From contig OZ243956.1 in assembly GCA_965214405.1 (NCBI GenBank), forward strand, positions 4,064,001-4,128,000: 64,000 nucleotides of DNA. The letters run 5' to 3'. Positions 21,079-31,085 of this stretch are shown here, in pieces (position 1 is the first letter of the stretch; every line of letters starts with the position of its first letter). The DNA is from Trueperaceae bacterium. GTDB taxonomy: Bacteria; Deinococcota; Deinococci; Deinococcales; Trueperaceae. The position numbers and the translations under genes are program-made. Under the pieces are notes generated by a model. The model saw only the letters and a program-made list of their open reading frames with translations. It ran no database searches and was not told the DNA's origin.

Positions 21079-21957
21079 ATGAAAATCTTTAGCTTTGCCG
21101 ACTTTGTCGACGCCGGTCACCGAGACGCGTTTCCCTTCTTCATCCAGCGCGCGACCGTCGAGGCGGGCACGTTCGAGATGCACGGCCACCACTTTTCGGA
21201 ACTGGTGGTCGTCTTGAGCGGTTCGGGGCAGCACGTGACCGAAGCCGAACGCTACCCGATTTGTCGGGGTGATGTTTTTGTGCTGAACGGCCGAACGGTT
21301 CACGGTTTCGAAGACTCGAGCCGCCTCAAACTCTGCAACGTCATGTTTGAACCCGACCAGCTCATCCGGCCTCATCAGAACCTTTACGCCGTTCCCGGTT
21401 ACCAGGCCCTGTTCGTGTTGGAGCCCTTGTACAGAAAACAGAGTGGTTTCAAAGGCAAATTGCAACTGAATGAACCTGACCTGAACACAGTTGTTTCTCT
21501 CTTGGGCGCCCTCGAGCGTGAACAGGACATGCGTTTGCAAGGATATCAAAGTCTTTTGGCCGCTTACTTTATGCAGCTTGTCGTGCTGCTCTCGCGCTAC
21601 TACTCCGCTTCGCCCGAAAGGCCGACCCAGGCTATTTTGCGCTTGGCCGACGCCCTGAGTTACTTAGAGGAGAATTATCACCGCCCGCTCGAGCTTGCCG
21701 AGCTAGCCGCTAGAGCCAACTTATCCAAAAATCAATTTTTGCGAACCTTCAAAAAAGCGTTCGGCACGACGCCTATCACCTATCTCGCCAACCGCAGGAT
21801 TCAAAGAGCGCAGGGGTTGCTTAGAGACACCTCTCTTCCTATTAGCCAAATCGCTTTTGACACGGGCTTTTCTGACAGCAACTACTTTTCGCGTCGCTTT
21901 CGGCAGGTTGTGGGACAGAGCCCGAGGGCGTACCGAAACCAGCTCGAGCACCGGTAA
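21079..21957 (+). CDS. AraC family regulator (RhaS/RhaR-like)
   Basis: HxHHFSELV cupin domain; GFSDSNYFSRRF HTH. Confidence 0.9.
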   Translation: MKIFSFADFVDAGHRDAFPFFIQRATVEAGTFEMHGHHFSELVVVLSGSGQHVTEAERYPICRGDVFVLNGRTVHGFEDSSRLKLCNVMFEPDQLIRPHQNLYAVPGYQALFVLEPLYRKQSGFKGKLQLNEPDLNTVVSLLGALEREQDMRLQGYQSLLAAYFMQLVVLLSRYYSASPERPTQAILRLADALSYLEENYHRPLELAELAARANLSKNQFLRTFKKAFGTTPITYLANRRIQRAQGLLRDTSLPISQIAFDTGFSDSNYFSRRFRQVVGQSPRAYRNQLEHR

Positions 21958-22021
21958 TGTTATGCTGCCCGCGCGTAGCCGGATAAGCGGGGGCAAGACA
22001 ATCAGAAGGAGTAAGCCGACC

Positions 22022-23059
22022 ATGCGTCAACTTGAAAACATCAACATCTTGAATTCTGAAGTGTTGCCATCACCCGAACACATCAAGCGCGACATCCCCA
22101 TCACCGAAAAGGCAAAGGAAACGGTGCTTAACGCCCGCGATGTCATCAACGACATCCTGCATAAACGAGACGACCGGATGCTGGTTATCGTCGGCCCCTG
22201 TTCGGTACACGACGATGAACTCGCTTACGACTACGCAAAAAAACTTGTCTCTCTAAAAGACGCATTAGGCGACAAGCTGGTTATTGTCATGCGCGTTTAC
22301 GTAGATAAACCCAGAACTACCGTGGGTTGGCGCGGCTTTATGTATGACCCCGGCATGGACTTTTCGTTCGACTTTTTAGACGGCCTGAAGCGAACCCGCC
22401 AGCTTATGTTAAACATAAGCGAACTGGGTATTCCGGTAGCCACCGAGATTTTAGAGCCGCTGGTGCCAAAATACTACGCGGACTTGCTCGCCTGGGTCGC
22501 TATCGGCGCGCGCACCACAGAATCGCAGGTGCATAGGGCGATGGCGAGTGGGATTTCTGCTGCTGTCGGGTTTAAAAACAGTACGAGCGGTAACATCAAA
22601 GTCGCGGTCGATTCGGTTATTTCTGCGCTCGAGCCCAAAGCGCTGCTGACGATAAGCGAGCAGGGGAACATCTCGCTCACAAATACGAGCGGAAATGTAA
22701 ACGGCCATATTATCCTGCGGGGTGGGCATTCCGGCCCAAACTTTTCAGCGCCCTATATCAAAGAAGCCAGCGAGTTGCTGGCAAAGGCGGGTACGGCTAC
22801 GGGCATGATTATTGACTGTAGCCACCACAACTCAGGGTATGACCACAAAAAACAGGCTCTCGTCGTGAGAGACGCGCTTCAGCAAAGAGCGCGGGGCGAC
22901 AGCAACATCGTGGGCCTGATGATTGAAGGTAACCTGCGCGAAGGCAAGCAAACTATCCCTCAAAACCTCAGTGATTTGCAGCACGGCGTGTCGGTCACAG
23001 ACGCGTGTATCGGCTGGGAAGAAACGGAAACCCTGTTGGGGGAAATAGCTAAAGGTTAG
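22022..23059 (+). CDS. 3-deoxy-7-phosphoheptulonate (DAHP) synthase, class I-alpha
   Basis: VGPCS, KPRTTVGW, IGARTTESQ, DCSH and SVTDACIGW motifs. ATG 22022 after AAGGAG. Confidence 0.92.
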   Translation: MRQLENINILNSEVLPSPEHIKRDIPITEKAKETVLNARDVINDILHKRDDRMLVIVGPCSVHDDELAYDYAKKLVSLKDALGDKLVIVMRVYVDKPRTTVGWRGFMYDPGMDFSFDFLDGLKRTRQLMLNISELGIPVATEILEPLVPKYYADLLAWVAIGARTTESQVHRAMASGISAAVGFKNSTSGNIKVAVDSVISALEPKALLTISEQGNISLTNTSGNVNGHIILRGGHSGPNFSAPYIKEASELLAKAGTATGMIIDCSHHNSGYDHKKQALVVRDALQQRARGDSNIVGLMIEGNLREGKQTIPQNLSDLQHGVSVTDACIGWEETETLLGEIAKG

Positions 23060-23739
23060 ACAGCCTCCGACCACGCATGATGGACTCTCGCTGCGCTGGC
23101 CTGAACGTGTTCGCGCATGGCCTGCGCTGCGGCTTCCCCGTCAGCCTGTTCAACCGCCTCGGTGATGCGCTCGTGAAAATGGACGGCGTGCTCGAACTGT
23201 TCGGGGGAGGTGTGGTTGCCTTTTTCCCAGGCCATCGCCAGCCGGGTTTGCCAGCGTAACGTCTCGACGGTCGCCAGCAGCGGCGCACACTTGGCGGCCA
23301 AAGCGACGCGCCAGTGAAATTCCGCGTCGACATCCAAAAAATGATACGTGTCGCCATCTTCTAGGCAAAGCTGCATCATTCTCACCAGCCGGGTCAGGTC
23401 TTTAACGTCTTCCTGCGTGCGGCGTTCTGCCGCCAGGCGTGCTGAGAACGCCTCGGTGTGAATTCTGAACAGGTAAAAGTCGTCAATTTCTTTTTGAGAC
23501 CAGTGGGCGACGAAGGTGCCGCGGTTGGGCAGCTTGACGACGACCCCTTTTCTTTCGAGTTCTTGCAGGGCTTCTCGAACGGGGCCGCGACTGACCCCGT
23601 ACCGGGTTGCCAGTTCAGATTCCTTGAGGTGTTGACCGGGTTTGAGTTCGGCTTGCATGATGGCCCTCTCGAGCGCCGCCAACACACCCGTATACAAACC
23701 CACCTGTTTCTCTGGCAAAACCTGGTTGAGACCGTTCAT
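23056..23739 (-). CDS. GntR family regulator (FCD domain)
   Basis: LKPGQHLKESELA..GVSRGPVREAL HTH; FH..H FCD motifs. Confidence 0.92.
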   Translation of the reverse strand: MNGLNQVLPEKQVGLYTGVLAALERAIMQAELKPGQHLKESELATRYGVSRGPVREALQELERKGVVVKLPNRGTFVAHWSQKEIDDFYLFRIHTEAFSARLAAERRTQEDVKDLTRLVRMMQLCLEDGDTYHFLDVDAEFHWRVALAAKCAPLLATVETLRWQTRLAMAWEKGNHTSPEQFEHAVHFHERITEAVEQADGEAAAQAMREHVQASAARVHHAWSEAV

Positions 23740-24005
23740 ACAGTTTCCTGAAGGTTTGCTCGCCTAGTCGTCACGTCAAGCCTTTCTATAGTTCGGGTTA
23801 AGTGAGAACTTTAGGTTTAGCTCTAAACACGTGGTATGCCTGAACAAGTAAACTCCCGGCTGTAGAATTTTCGTCACCTACACTCATTTTGAGACCAACC
23901 GAAACGTCAGCGCTGGTCGCTTACCAGGTGATAAAAGACAGGTGATAAAAGACAGCCATAACATGACTGACGGTCATCTATGGTGACCGCGAGAATAACT
24001 AAAAA

Positions 24006-24053
24006 TTGTTAACAAGTCAACTGGTTGACAAATCCTCGGTTGCGTGTTACTTT
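24006..24053 (+). promoter_or_regulatory. Sigma70 promoter with overlapping palindromes (candidate GntR operator)
   Basis: TTGACA 24025-30, 17-nt spacer, TACTTT 24048-53. Palindromes TTGTTAACAA (24006-15) and GTCAAC-TG-GTTGAC (24016-29). Confidence 0.6.
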
Positions 24054-24311
24054 TCTTTCAGCACTAAAACTGACGAGAGTTGCTAGGTTACTCAAACGCC
24101 TAGCTGGACAAATTACCGGCTAAGGGTTGTTTAAAATATTGACCAAATGGAAGGTGGCTATGGTGTAGTGGTTTTTATAAACCACAGGTGAGACAGAAAC
24201 CGGCACATACTTTCAAGCTGATTTTGGGGGTCAGGACGAAACACTCCACACTTTGTGCGACACTTTTGTTCGACCCCATAAAATATTGACTATCAAGTCA
24301 CGGAGGTAAAG

Positions 24312-26291
24312 ATGAACATGCGGTCACTCAGGTTTGGGTTCAATAACAGACGGGCAAGGAAGGGGGCGGCTTCACTGGTGGTTGCTCTCTTCTTCACGCT
24401 CTTCTTTATGGTGATGACGACTTTAAGCGCGAGCGCTCAGGAAGCCTATACGGAAGCGCCGGAGTTGGCGGCCCAGGTCGCCGCGGGCGAGCTGCCCCCC
24501 GTCGCAGAACGCCTGCCCGCCACCCCGATGGTGGTCGAGCCCAATGAAGAAATCGGCGTGTACGGCGGCGAGTGGCGCAACGCCATTCTCGCGGGCGACA
24601 ACCACCAGTGGGTTTACCGCAACGCGGGCTACGAGCACCTGGTAAGAGTCAATGTCGACTTTACCGAAGTCATCCCCAACATCGCCGAGTCGTTTGAAGC
24701 CAACGACGACGCCACCGAATTTACCTTCAAGCTGCGCGACGGCATGAAGTGGTCGGACGGTGAGCCCTTTACCTCCGCTGACATCATGTTCTGGTATGAC
24801 GATGTACTCATGAACGAAGAACTCACCCTGTCGTTCCCCTCATGGCTGATGGCCGGGGGCGAACCCGTGGTGGTCGAAGCGCCCGACGCTACCACCGTGA
24901 TTTTCCGTTTTGCCTCGCCGAACGGTCTCTTTTTGGACAACTTAGCGGGGCAGGCGGGGTTGACGCCGACGATGTTGCCGAGGCACTACCTCGAGCAGTT
25001 CCATAAAACATACAACCCGGACGGCGTCGACGCGCTGGTGCGCGCGTCCGGGGCTGCCGACTGGCCGACCTTTTTCGAGGTGCAGGCCGGACTCGGAGGT
25101 AGCTCGGGCAACACGCTCTTTACCAACGCGGAACGCCCGGTGCTGTTCGCCTGGAGGCCCGTCAACAGTCTCGGTCAGGGCGAACGCTTCGTGATGGAGC
25201 GCAACCCCTACTACTGGAAAATCGACCCCGAGGGCCAGCAGCTTCCCTACATCGACAGCATCGTTTACGACGTGGTCGGTGACGCCGAAGTGCTGCTGCT
25301 CAAAACCTTGAACGGCGAAATCGACCTCATGAGCCGTTCCATCAACGAACTGTCCAATAAACCCGTCTTGTTCGACAACGTGGAGCGGGGCAACTACGAC
25401 TTCTTTACGCTAGGCGAAACGGGTCAGAACTACTTCGTGCTGTCGCTCAACCTGACCCACCAAGACCCCATCAAGCGTGAAGTTTTCCAGAACAAGGATT
25501 TCCGCATCGGACTCTCGCACGCCATCAACCGGCAGGAGATCATCGACCTGGTGTATCTGGGTCAGGGGGAACCCGCTCAGGTCGCGCCGCGACCCACGGG
25601 GCCTTACTACAACGAGCAACTGTCCAAACAGTACACCGAGTACGACCCCGACCTCGCCAACGAATTCCTCGACAAGGCGGGCTACAGCGAGCGCGACGCG
25701 CAGGGCTTCCGGCTCGGACCCGACGGCGAGCGGATTTCCATCATCGTCGAAGCCTATTCGTTTATGGGGCCGTGGGCGGACGCGCTCGAGCTTATCAAAC
25801 AATACTGGGCCGCCGTGGGCGTCGATATGCAGTACCGCACGGTCGACGCCGGGTTGTTCGACGAGCGCGTGCAGTCAAACGAGCACGACGCCAACCTGTG
25901 GTGGAGCGGCGCAGGTCTAAAAGACATCTTGCTGGAAAACTTTAACCACATCCCCAGTTCCTGGGCCTCTACTTACGCCGTTGAGTGGGGGACGTGGCAC
26001 CAGAACCACGCCGAAGGGGAAGAACCCCCCGAAGCCGTTAAAGCGCAAATGGACATGCTCGACCAGCTCCAGATCACCGCCGACGCTGCCGAGCAGGAAA
26101 CGCTCATGAAAGCGATTTTAGAGGTTTCCGCCGAGGAGTTTTACAACATGGGCGTCAGCCTCTCGGCGGACGAGTACGGTATCGTCTCCAACCGGATGCA
26201 CAACGTGCCCGACTACATCGTGGGCGTGCCCGCCATCGGGCCGGGGCAGGCCAACTCCGAACAGTTTTTCTTCGATTCCGAGTCGCAGTAG
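24312..26291 (+). CDS. Family-5 (Opp/Dpp-type) ABC substrate-binding protein
   Basis: LPPVAERLP, LRDGMKWSDGEPFTSADI, ERNPYYWK. Confidence 0.92.
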   Translation: MNMRSLRFGFNNRRARKGAASLVVALFFTLFFMVMTTLSASAQEAYTEAPELAAQVAAGELPPVAERLPATPMVVEPNEEIGVYGGEWRNAILAGDNHQWVYRNAGYEHLVRVNVDFTEVIPNIAESFEANDDATEFTFKLRDGMKWSDGEPFTSADIMFWYDDVLMNEELTLSFPSWLMAGGEPVVVEAPDATTVIFRFASPNGLFLDNLAGQAGLTPTMLPRHYLEQFHKTYNPDGVDALVRASGAADWPTFFEVQAGLGGSSGNTLFTNAERPVLFAWRPVNSLGQGERFVMERNPYYWKIDPEGQQLPYIDSIVYDVVGDAEVLLLKTLNGEIDLMSRSINELSNKPVLFDNVERGNYDFFTLGETGQNYFVLSLNLTHQDPIKREVFQNKDFRIGLSHAINRQEIIDLVYLGQGEPAQVAPRPTGPYYNEQLSKQYTEYDPDLANEFLDKAGYSERDAQGFRLGPDGERISIIVEAYSFMGPWADALELIKQYWAAVGVDMQYRTVDAGLFDERVQSNEHDANLWWSGAGLKDILLENFNHIPSSWASTYAVEWGTWHQNHAEGEEPPEAVKAQMDMLDQLQITADAAEQETLMKAILEVSAEEFYNMGVSLSADEYGIVSNRMHNVPDYIVGVPAIGPGQANSEQFFFDSESQ

Positions 26292-26331
26292 GTACAAGCG
26301 ATAACAAGGCTAAGGTGTAAGTATCCCGACC

Positions 26332-26362
26332 CGTCTCGCGCAGCCAAGTGCTGCGCGAGACG
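26332..26362. terminator. 13-bp hairpin between SBP and permease genes
   Basis: CGTCTCGCGCAGC-CAAGT-GCTGCGCGAGACG. Confidence 0.6.
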
Positions 26363-26377
26363 CGCCAAACGGAGTAG

Positions 26378-27370
26378 ATGATGCTCGAGTACATCGCCAA
26401 ACGCTTGCTCTACATGATTCCTACGCTGTTCGCTATTTCGCTCTTGTCGTTCCTGATTATTCAACTGCCGCCGGGGGACTATTTCAGTATCCTGGCCTCG
26501 CGCATGGCGGAGGAGTCGGACTCGGTGGCGAGTCAGGAGGCGCTGCGGAGTTTGGGCGAGCGTTACGGGCTCAATCAGCCCTTTTATGTTCAATACTGGA
26601 AGTGGATTTCCGGCATCCTCTTTCGCGGCGATTTCGGGCAGTCGTTCGAATTCAATCGTCCTGTCGGCACCTTGCTCTGGGAACGATTGGGGCTCACTTT
26701 CGCACTGTCGTTGACTACCCTGATTTTTGTTTGGGCGGTTTCGTTTCCCATCGGTATTTACTCGGCGATTAGAAAATATTCGGTGGGCGATTATGTTGCG
26801 ACCTTCGTCGGCTTTATCGGTCTGGCGATTCCCAACTTTTTGATGGCGCTGGTGCTCCTGTATGTTTCTTTCAAATACTTCGGGCGCAGCGTGGGCGGTC
26901 TCTTTTCGCCGGAATATATCAACGCCGCCTGGAGCTGGGGCAAGGTCGGCGACCTGTTCGCCCACCTGTGGATTCCCGTTATCGTGCTGGGCACGTCGGG
27001 TACGGCGGGGCTGATTCGCATCATGCGCGCCAACATGCTCGACGAAATCTACCGCCCTTATGTGGTGACGGCTCGAGCCAAGGGCCTGTCTGAAGTCCGG
27101 CTGCTGTTCAAGTACCCCGTGCGCGTCGCGCTCAATCCGTTTGTCAGCACCATCGGCTGGGTCTTACCCGAACTGGTCTCGGGCGCGACCATTACCGCCA
27201 TCGTTTTGTCCCTGCCCACGACCGGCCCCTTGCTCCTAAGGTCGCTCATCAGCCAAGACATGTACCTGGCAGGCTCGTTTATTTTGATGCTCAGCGTGCT
27301 GACCGTGATAGGTACGCTTATTTCGGACATTTTACTCGCCTGGCTCGACCCGCGCATTCGGTACAGGTGA
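26378..27370 (+). CDS. Opp/Dpp-type ABC permease (DppB-like)
   Basis: TARAKGL motif, LDPRIR end. Confidence 0.93.
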   Translation: MMLEYIAKRLLYMIPTLFAISLLSFLIIQLPPGDYFSILASRMAEESDSVASQEALRSLGERYGLNQPFYVQYWKWISGILFRGDFGQSFEFNRPVGTLLWERLGLTFALSLTTLIFVWAVSFPIGIYSAIRKYSVGDYVATFVGFIGLAIPNFLMALVLLYVSFKYFGRSVGGLFSPEYINAAWSWGKVGDLFAHLWIPVIVLGTSGTAGLIRIMRANMLDEIYRPYVVTARAKGLSEVRLLFKYPVRVALNPFVSTIGWVLPELVSGATITAIVLSLPTTGPLLLRSLISQDMYLAGSFILMLSVLTVIGTLISDILLAWLDPRIRYR

Positions 27371-27439
27371 GGCGGTTGAAGGTGGAGACGCTTCAGTTGC
27401 CAAGGTTCGACCTAATGTCGCTCGAGCAAGAGGGTTGCT

Positions 27440-28714
27440 ATGGATGACTTGAAAAAGAACAGCACACGCGCCTCTGGGTTGGAAGCTAAAGGAATTCCCC
27501 AAGCGGCCTCCGTCTCTCCCGAAGCGTCTTTGGGTACACAACTGGGTACACAACCGGCGGGTACAAGGCGGCCTGCGCCGGGACAATCCGCCGCCCTGCT
27601 CGCTACGGCTGCGCCCCTGCCCGACAGCGATAGCCGGGCGGAGGTTGCCAGTCAGTGGCAGCTCATCTGGTGGAAGTTCCGCAAGCACAAACTGGCGCTG
27701 GCGGGCGGTGTAATTACGCTGCTCATCTATCTGGTCGCTATCTTTGTAGAGTTTTTAGCGCCTTTTTCGGCGGGGGCCTACAGCGCCGTCTACACCTACG
27801 CGCCCCCTCAGCCGGTTCACGTTGGGCGCGTAGAGGGGGGCGGCTTAGGGCTGTACGTCAACGGCTACACCGTCGAAAGGGACCCTGTATCCTTAAAAAG
27901 TAGCTTTGTCGTGGACCCCTCGGTGCGCCATCCCGTGAGGCTGTTTGTCAAAGGCGAAGCCTATAAGATGTGGGGGCTCATCCCGATGAACCGCCACCTC
28001 ATCGGCCCCGTAAACGCGGGCGACCCCATGTACCTGCTGGGGGCGGACCGTCTGGGCAGAGACGTGCTGAGCCGCACGATTTACGGCACGCGAATCTCTA
28101 TGTCAATAGGATTGATAGGCGTCGCCGTCAGCTTGTTTTTGGGCATCCTGTTGGGGGGCATCTCGGGCTACTACGGCGGCTGGATCGACAATCTTATCCA
28201 GCGCGTGATTGAGTTCTTGAGTTCGATTCCCAAAATTCCGCTGTGGATGGGGCTCGCCGCCGCCATCCCGCTCAGTCTGCCGCCGTTGCGGGTTTACTTT
28301 TTGATTACGGTCATCTTGTCGCTCATCGGTTGGACGGGGCTGGCAAGGGTGGTCAGGGGACGCTTTTTCTCCTTACGTACCGAAGACTTCGTCACCGCCG
28401 CGCGGCTCGACGGCAACAGCGAGTTGCGTATCATTCTGAAACATATGGTGCCCTCATTCATGAGCCACATCATCGCCTCGGTGTCGCTCGCTGTCCCCGC
28501 CATGATTCTCGCCGAGACCTCGCTTAGTTTTCTGGGTATCGGCTTACGCCCGCCCGTGGTGAGCTGGGGCGTGCTCTTAGAAGAGTCTCAAAACGTCCGC
28601 TCGATAGCCACCGCCCCCTGGCTGTTCTGGCCCGGCGTCGCCGTGGTCGTGGCTGTGTTGGCCTTGAACTTTTTGGGGGACGGTTTGAGAGATGCGGCGG
28701 ACCCTTATGCTTGA
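27440..28714 (+). CDS. Opp/Dpp-type ABC permease (DppC-like)
   Basis: LGADRLGRD and GDGLRDAADP motifs. Confidence 0.92.
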   Translation: MDDLKKNSTRASGLEAKGIPQAASVSPEASLGTQLGTQPAGTRRPAPGQSAALLATAAPLPDSDSRAEVASQWQLIWWKFRKHKLALAGGVITLLIYLVAIFVEFLAPFSAGAYSAVYTYAPPQPVHVGRVEGGGLGLYVNGYTVERDPVSLKSSFVVDPSVRHPVRLFVKGEAYKMWGLIPMNRHLIGPVNAGDPMYLLGADRLGRDVLSRTIYGTRISMSIGLIGVAVSLFLGILLGGISGYYGGWIDNLIQRVIEFLSSIPKIPLWMGLAAAIPLSLPPLRVYFLITVILSLIGWTGLARVVRGRFFSLRTEDFVTAARLDGNSELRIILKHMVPSFMSHIIASVSLAVPAMILAETSLSFLGIGLRPPVVSWGVLLEESQNVRSIATAPWLFWPGVAVVVAVLALNFLGDGLRDAADPYA

Positions 28715-28730
28715 GGGGCGGTTTGAAATA

Positions 28731-28754
28731 AACAAGGGGTTGCAACCCCTTGTT
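28731..28754. repeat. Perfect 24-bp palindrome (REP-like)
   Basis: AACAAGGGGTTGCAACCCCTTGTT. Confidence 0.7.
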
Positions 28755-28839
28755 ACTACCCTTGTTGCTGAACGTGCGCTGAGGGTGCGATGCGCTCGAG
28801 CCCCCACTCCCACCCACACCCCCTCTCGCGGAGCAACCT

Positions 28840-29868
28840 ATGGCGAATCCTAACCTCATCGAAGTCAAGGGCTTAAAAACCCACTTCTTCACCGACGAAG
28901 GCGTGGTGAAGTCGGTGGACGGGGTGGACTTTGCCATTCCCAGGGGCAAAACGCTCTGCGTCGTGGGTGAGTCGGGCTCGGGCAAGTCGGTGACGGCGCG
29001 CAGCATCTTGCGAATTGTGGACCAGCCGGGCAAAATCGTGGCGGGCGAGATTTTGTTGCACCGCGACGACCACAGCGTGGACCTTGCCAGGCTCAACCCC
29101 AGGAGCAGCGACATTCGCCGCATCCGGGGGAAAGAAATCGCCATGATTTTTCAGGAGCCGATGAGTTCGCTCTCGCCCGTTCACACCATCGGCAACCAGA
29201 TTATGGAGGCCGTCTTGCTGCACCTGCCCGTGTCCAAAAAGGAGGCGAAGGAACGGGCGATAGCGGTGTTGCAACGGGTCGGCATCCCCAAGGCCGAGTC
29301 GCGGCTGACGGCCTATCCCTTTGAGCTTTCGGGCGGAATGCGCCAGCGGGTCTGTATCGCGATGGCTTTGAGTTGCGAACCCAAACTCTTGATTGCCGAT
29401 GAGCCCACGACCGCCTTAGACGTGACCACGCAAGCGAACATCTTAGACCTCATCAAAGAACTGCAAGACGACCTCGGCATGGCGGTCATGTTCATCACCC
29501 ACGACTTAGGCGTGGTCGCCGAAGTCGCCGACGAGGTGGTGGTCATGTACTTGGGGCAGGTGATGGAGCGGGGCGACGTGGACAGCATTTTTCACGACCC
29601 CAAGCACCCGTATACCAGGGCGCTATTGGACTCGATTCCCAAACTCAGGGTGAGAGACAGGGAACGCTTAGCGTCCATTCGGGGGATGGTGCCGCATCCG
29701 TTCAACCGGCCCCAGGGTTGCTCGTTCCATACCCGTTGCGACGCCTTTATGCCCGGTGTTTGTGACCGTATCGTGCCGCCTGTAGAAGCGTTGGGGGCAG
29801 ACCGCGAGGTGCGCTGTTTGCTCTATGGCGACACGAACGTACAGCACCCTGAGGGGGTGACGGCGTGA
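28840..29868 (+). CDS. Opp/Dpp-type ABC ATPase (DppD-like)
   Basis: [24 protein letters not shown]. Confidence 0.95.
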   Translation: MANPNLIEVKGLKTHFFTDEGVVKSVDGVDFAIPRGKTLCVVGESGSGKSVTARSILRIVDQPGKIVAGEILLHRDDHSVDLARLNPRSSDIRRIRGKEIAMIFQEPMSSLSPVHTIGNQIMEAVLLHLPVSKKEAKERAIAVLQRVGIPKAESRLTAYPFELSGGMRQRVCIAMALSCEPKLLIADEPTTALDVTTQANILDLIKELQDDLGMAVMFITHDLGVVAEVADEVVVMYLGQVMERGDVDSIFHDPKHPYTRALLDSIPKLRVRDRERLASIRGMVPHPFNRPQGCSFHTRCDAFMPGVCDRIVPPVEALGADREVRCLLYGDTNVQHPEGVTA

Positions 29869-30941
29869 CAAATCCAATGCCGACGGTTAATCCGCCCGCG
29901 CCCAAACCAGGCTTTGCTAAGGGCAAGACCCTGCTGGAAGTCAAAGACCTGAAGATGCACTTTCCGATTCAAAAGGGTTTTTTGAAGCGTACGGTGGGAT
30001 ATGTAAAGGCGGTCGACGAGGTTTCTTTCGACATCATCGAAGGGGAAACATTGGGACTCGTCGGGGAGTCGGGCTGCGGCAAGACCACCACGGGGCGCTG
30101 CCTGCTGCGTATTTATGAGCCCAGCTCGGGGGAGATTAACTATCACCGTGAAGACGGTCGGGTGGTCGATTTGGTGGCGCTCTCAAACAAAGAACTCAAG
30201 CCCTACCGGCGCGACATCCGCATGATTTTTCAAGACCCGCAGTCGTCGCTCAATCCCAGAATGCCTGTTTTGGAACTTGTCGGTGAAGCCATGAAACTGA
30301 ATGGGCTAGCGACGGGCAAAGAGTTGGAGGACCGCGTCGCCGACCTACTCAGTAAAGTGGGCTTACGACCCGAGTACATGCGCCGCTATCCGCACGCCTT
30401 TTCGGGTGGCGAGCGGCAGCGCATCGGCATCGCTCGAGCCCTGTCCCTCAACCCGCGCCTTATCGTCGCCGACGAAGCGGTGTCCGCCCTCGATGTCTCG
30501 GTGCAGGCGCAAACACTCAACTTGATGCAGGATTTGCAAGAGGAGTTCCAACTCACTTACCTGTTCGTGGCGCACGACTTGAGCGTGGTCGAACACATCG
30601 CCGACCGGGTGGCGGTGATGTATGTAGGTAAGGTGGTCGAGCTAGCGCCCACCGACGCGCTGTTCGACACGCCCAAACACCCCTACACCGAAGCGCTCCT
30701 CTCCGCCGTGCCCAAGCCCGACCCGAGGTTGCGCAACAAAGGGGCGAGAATCAGGCTCGAGGGCGAGGTCGCCGACCCGGCCAACCCGCCGCCCGGCTGT
30801 TCCTTTCACCCGCGCTGCCGCTACGCCAAAGACGTTTGCGAAGTAGATGAGCCAAAGCTGCGCAACGTCGGCAACGGGCATCTAGCCGCCTGTCACTTCG
30901 CCGAAGCGTTAGCGCTGAGGGGGGTGATGGAAACGAGTTAG
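29865..30941 (+). CDS. Opp/Dpp-type ABC ATPase (DppF-like)
   Basis: [24 protein letters not shown]. Confidence 0.95.
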   Translation: MTNPMPTVNPPAPKPGFAKGKTLLEVKDLKMHFPIQKGFLKRTVGYVKAVDEVSFDIIEGETLGLVGESGCGKTTTGRCLLRIYEPSSGEINYHREDGRVVDLVALSNKELKPYRRDIRMIFQDPQSSLNPRMPVLELVGEAMKLNGLATGKELEDRVADLLSKVGLRPEYMRRYPHAFSGGERQRIGIARALSLNPRLIVADEAVSALDVSVQAQTLNLMQDLQEEFQLTYLFVAHDLSVVEHIADRVAVMYVGKVVELAPTDALFDTPKHPYTEALLSAVPKPDPRLRNKGARIRLEGEVADPANPPPGCSFHPRCRYAKDVCEVDEPKLRNVGNGHLAACHFAEALALRGVMETS

Positions 30942-31085
30942 CTTGCTCGAGCTGATTTTATGCAGGGACTTAACCAGGTTCCGTTAACATTTACTGCTCG
31001 AAAAACGTGACTTATTCCGTAAGATTACGGTTCGGGACGATAATGTTCGCAAAAACCTTCAATCGCTTCAGCACTTAGGAGACAG

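Noticed and set aside
24070..24097. Hammerhead ribozyme-like CTGACGA-stem-AAAC
   Set aside because: The stem is followed by AAAC, not GAAAC (catalytic G missing), and I found no convincing stems I/III.
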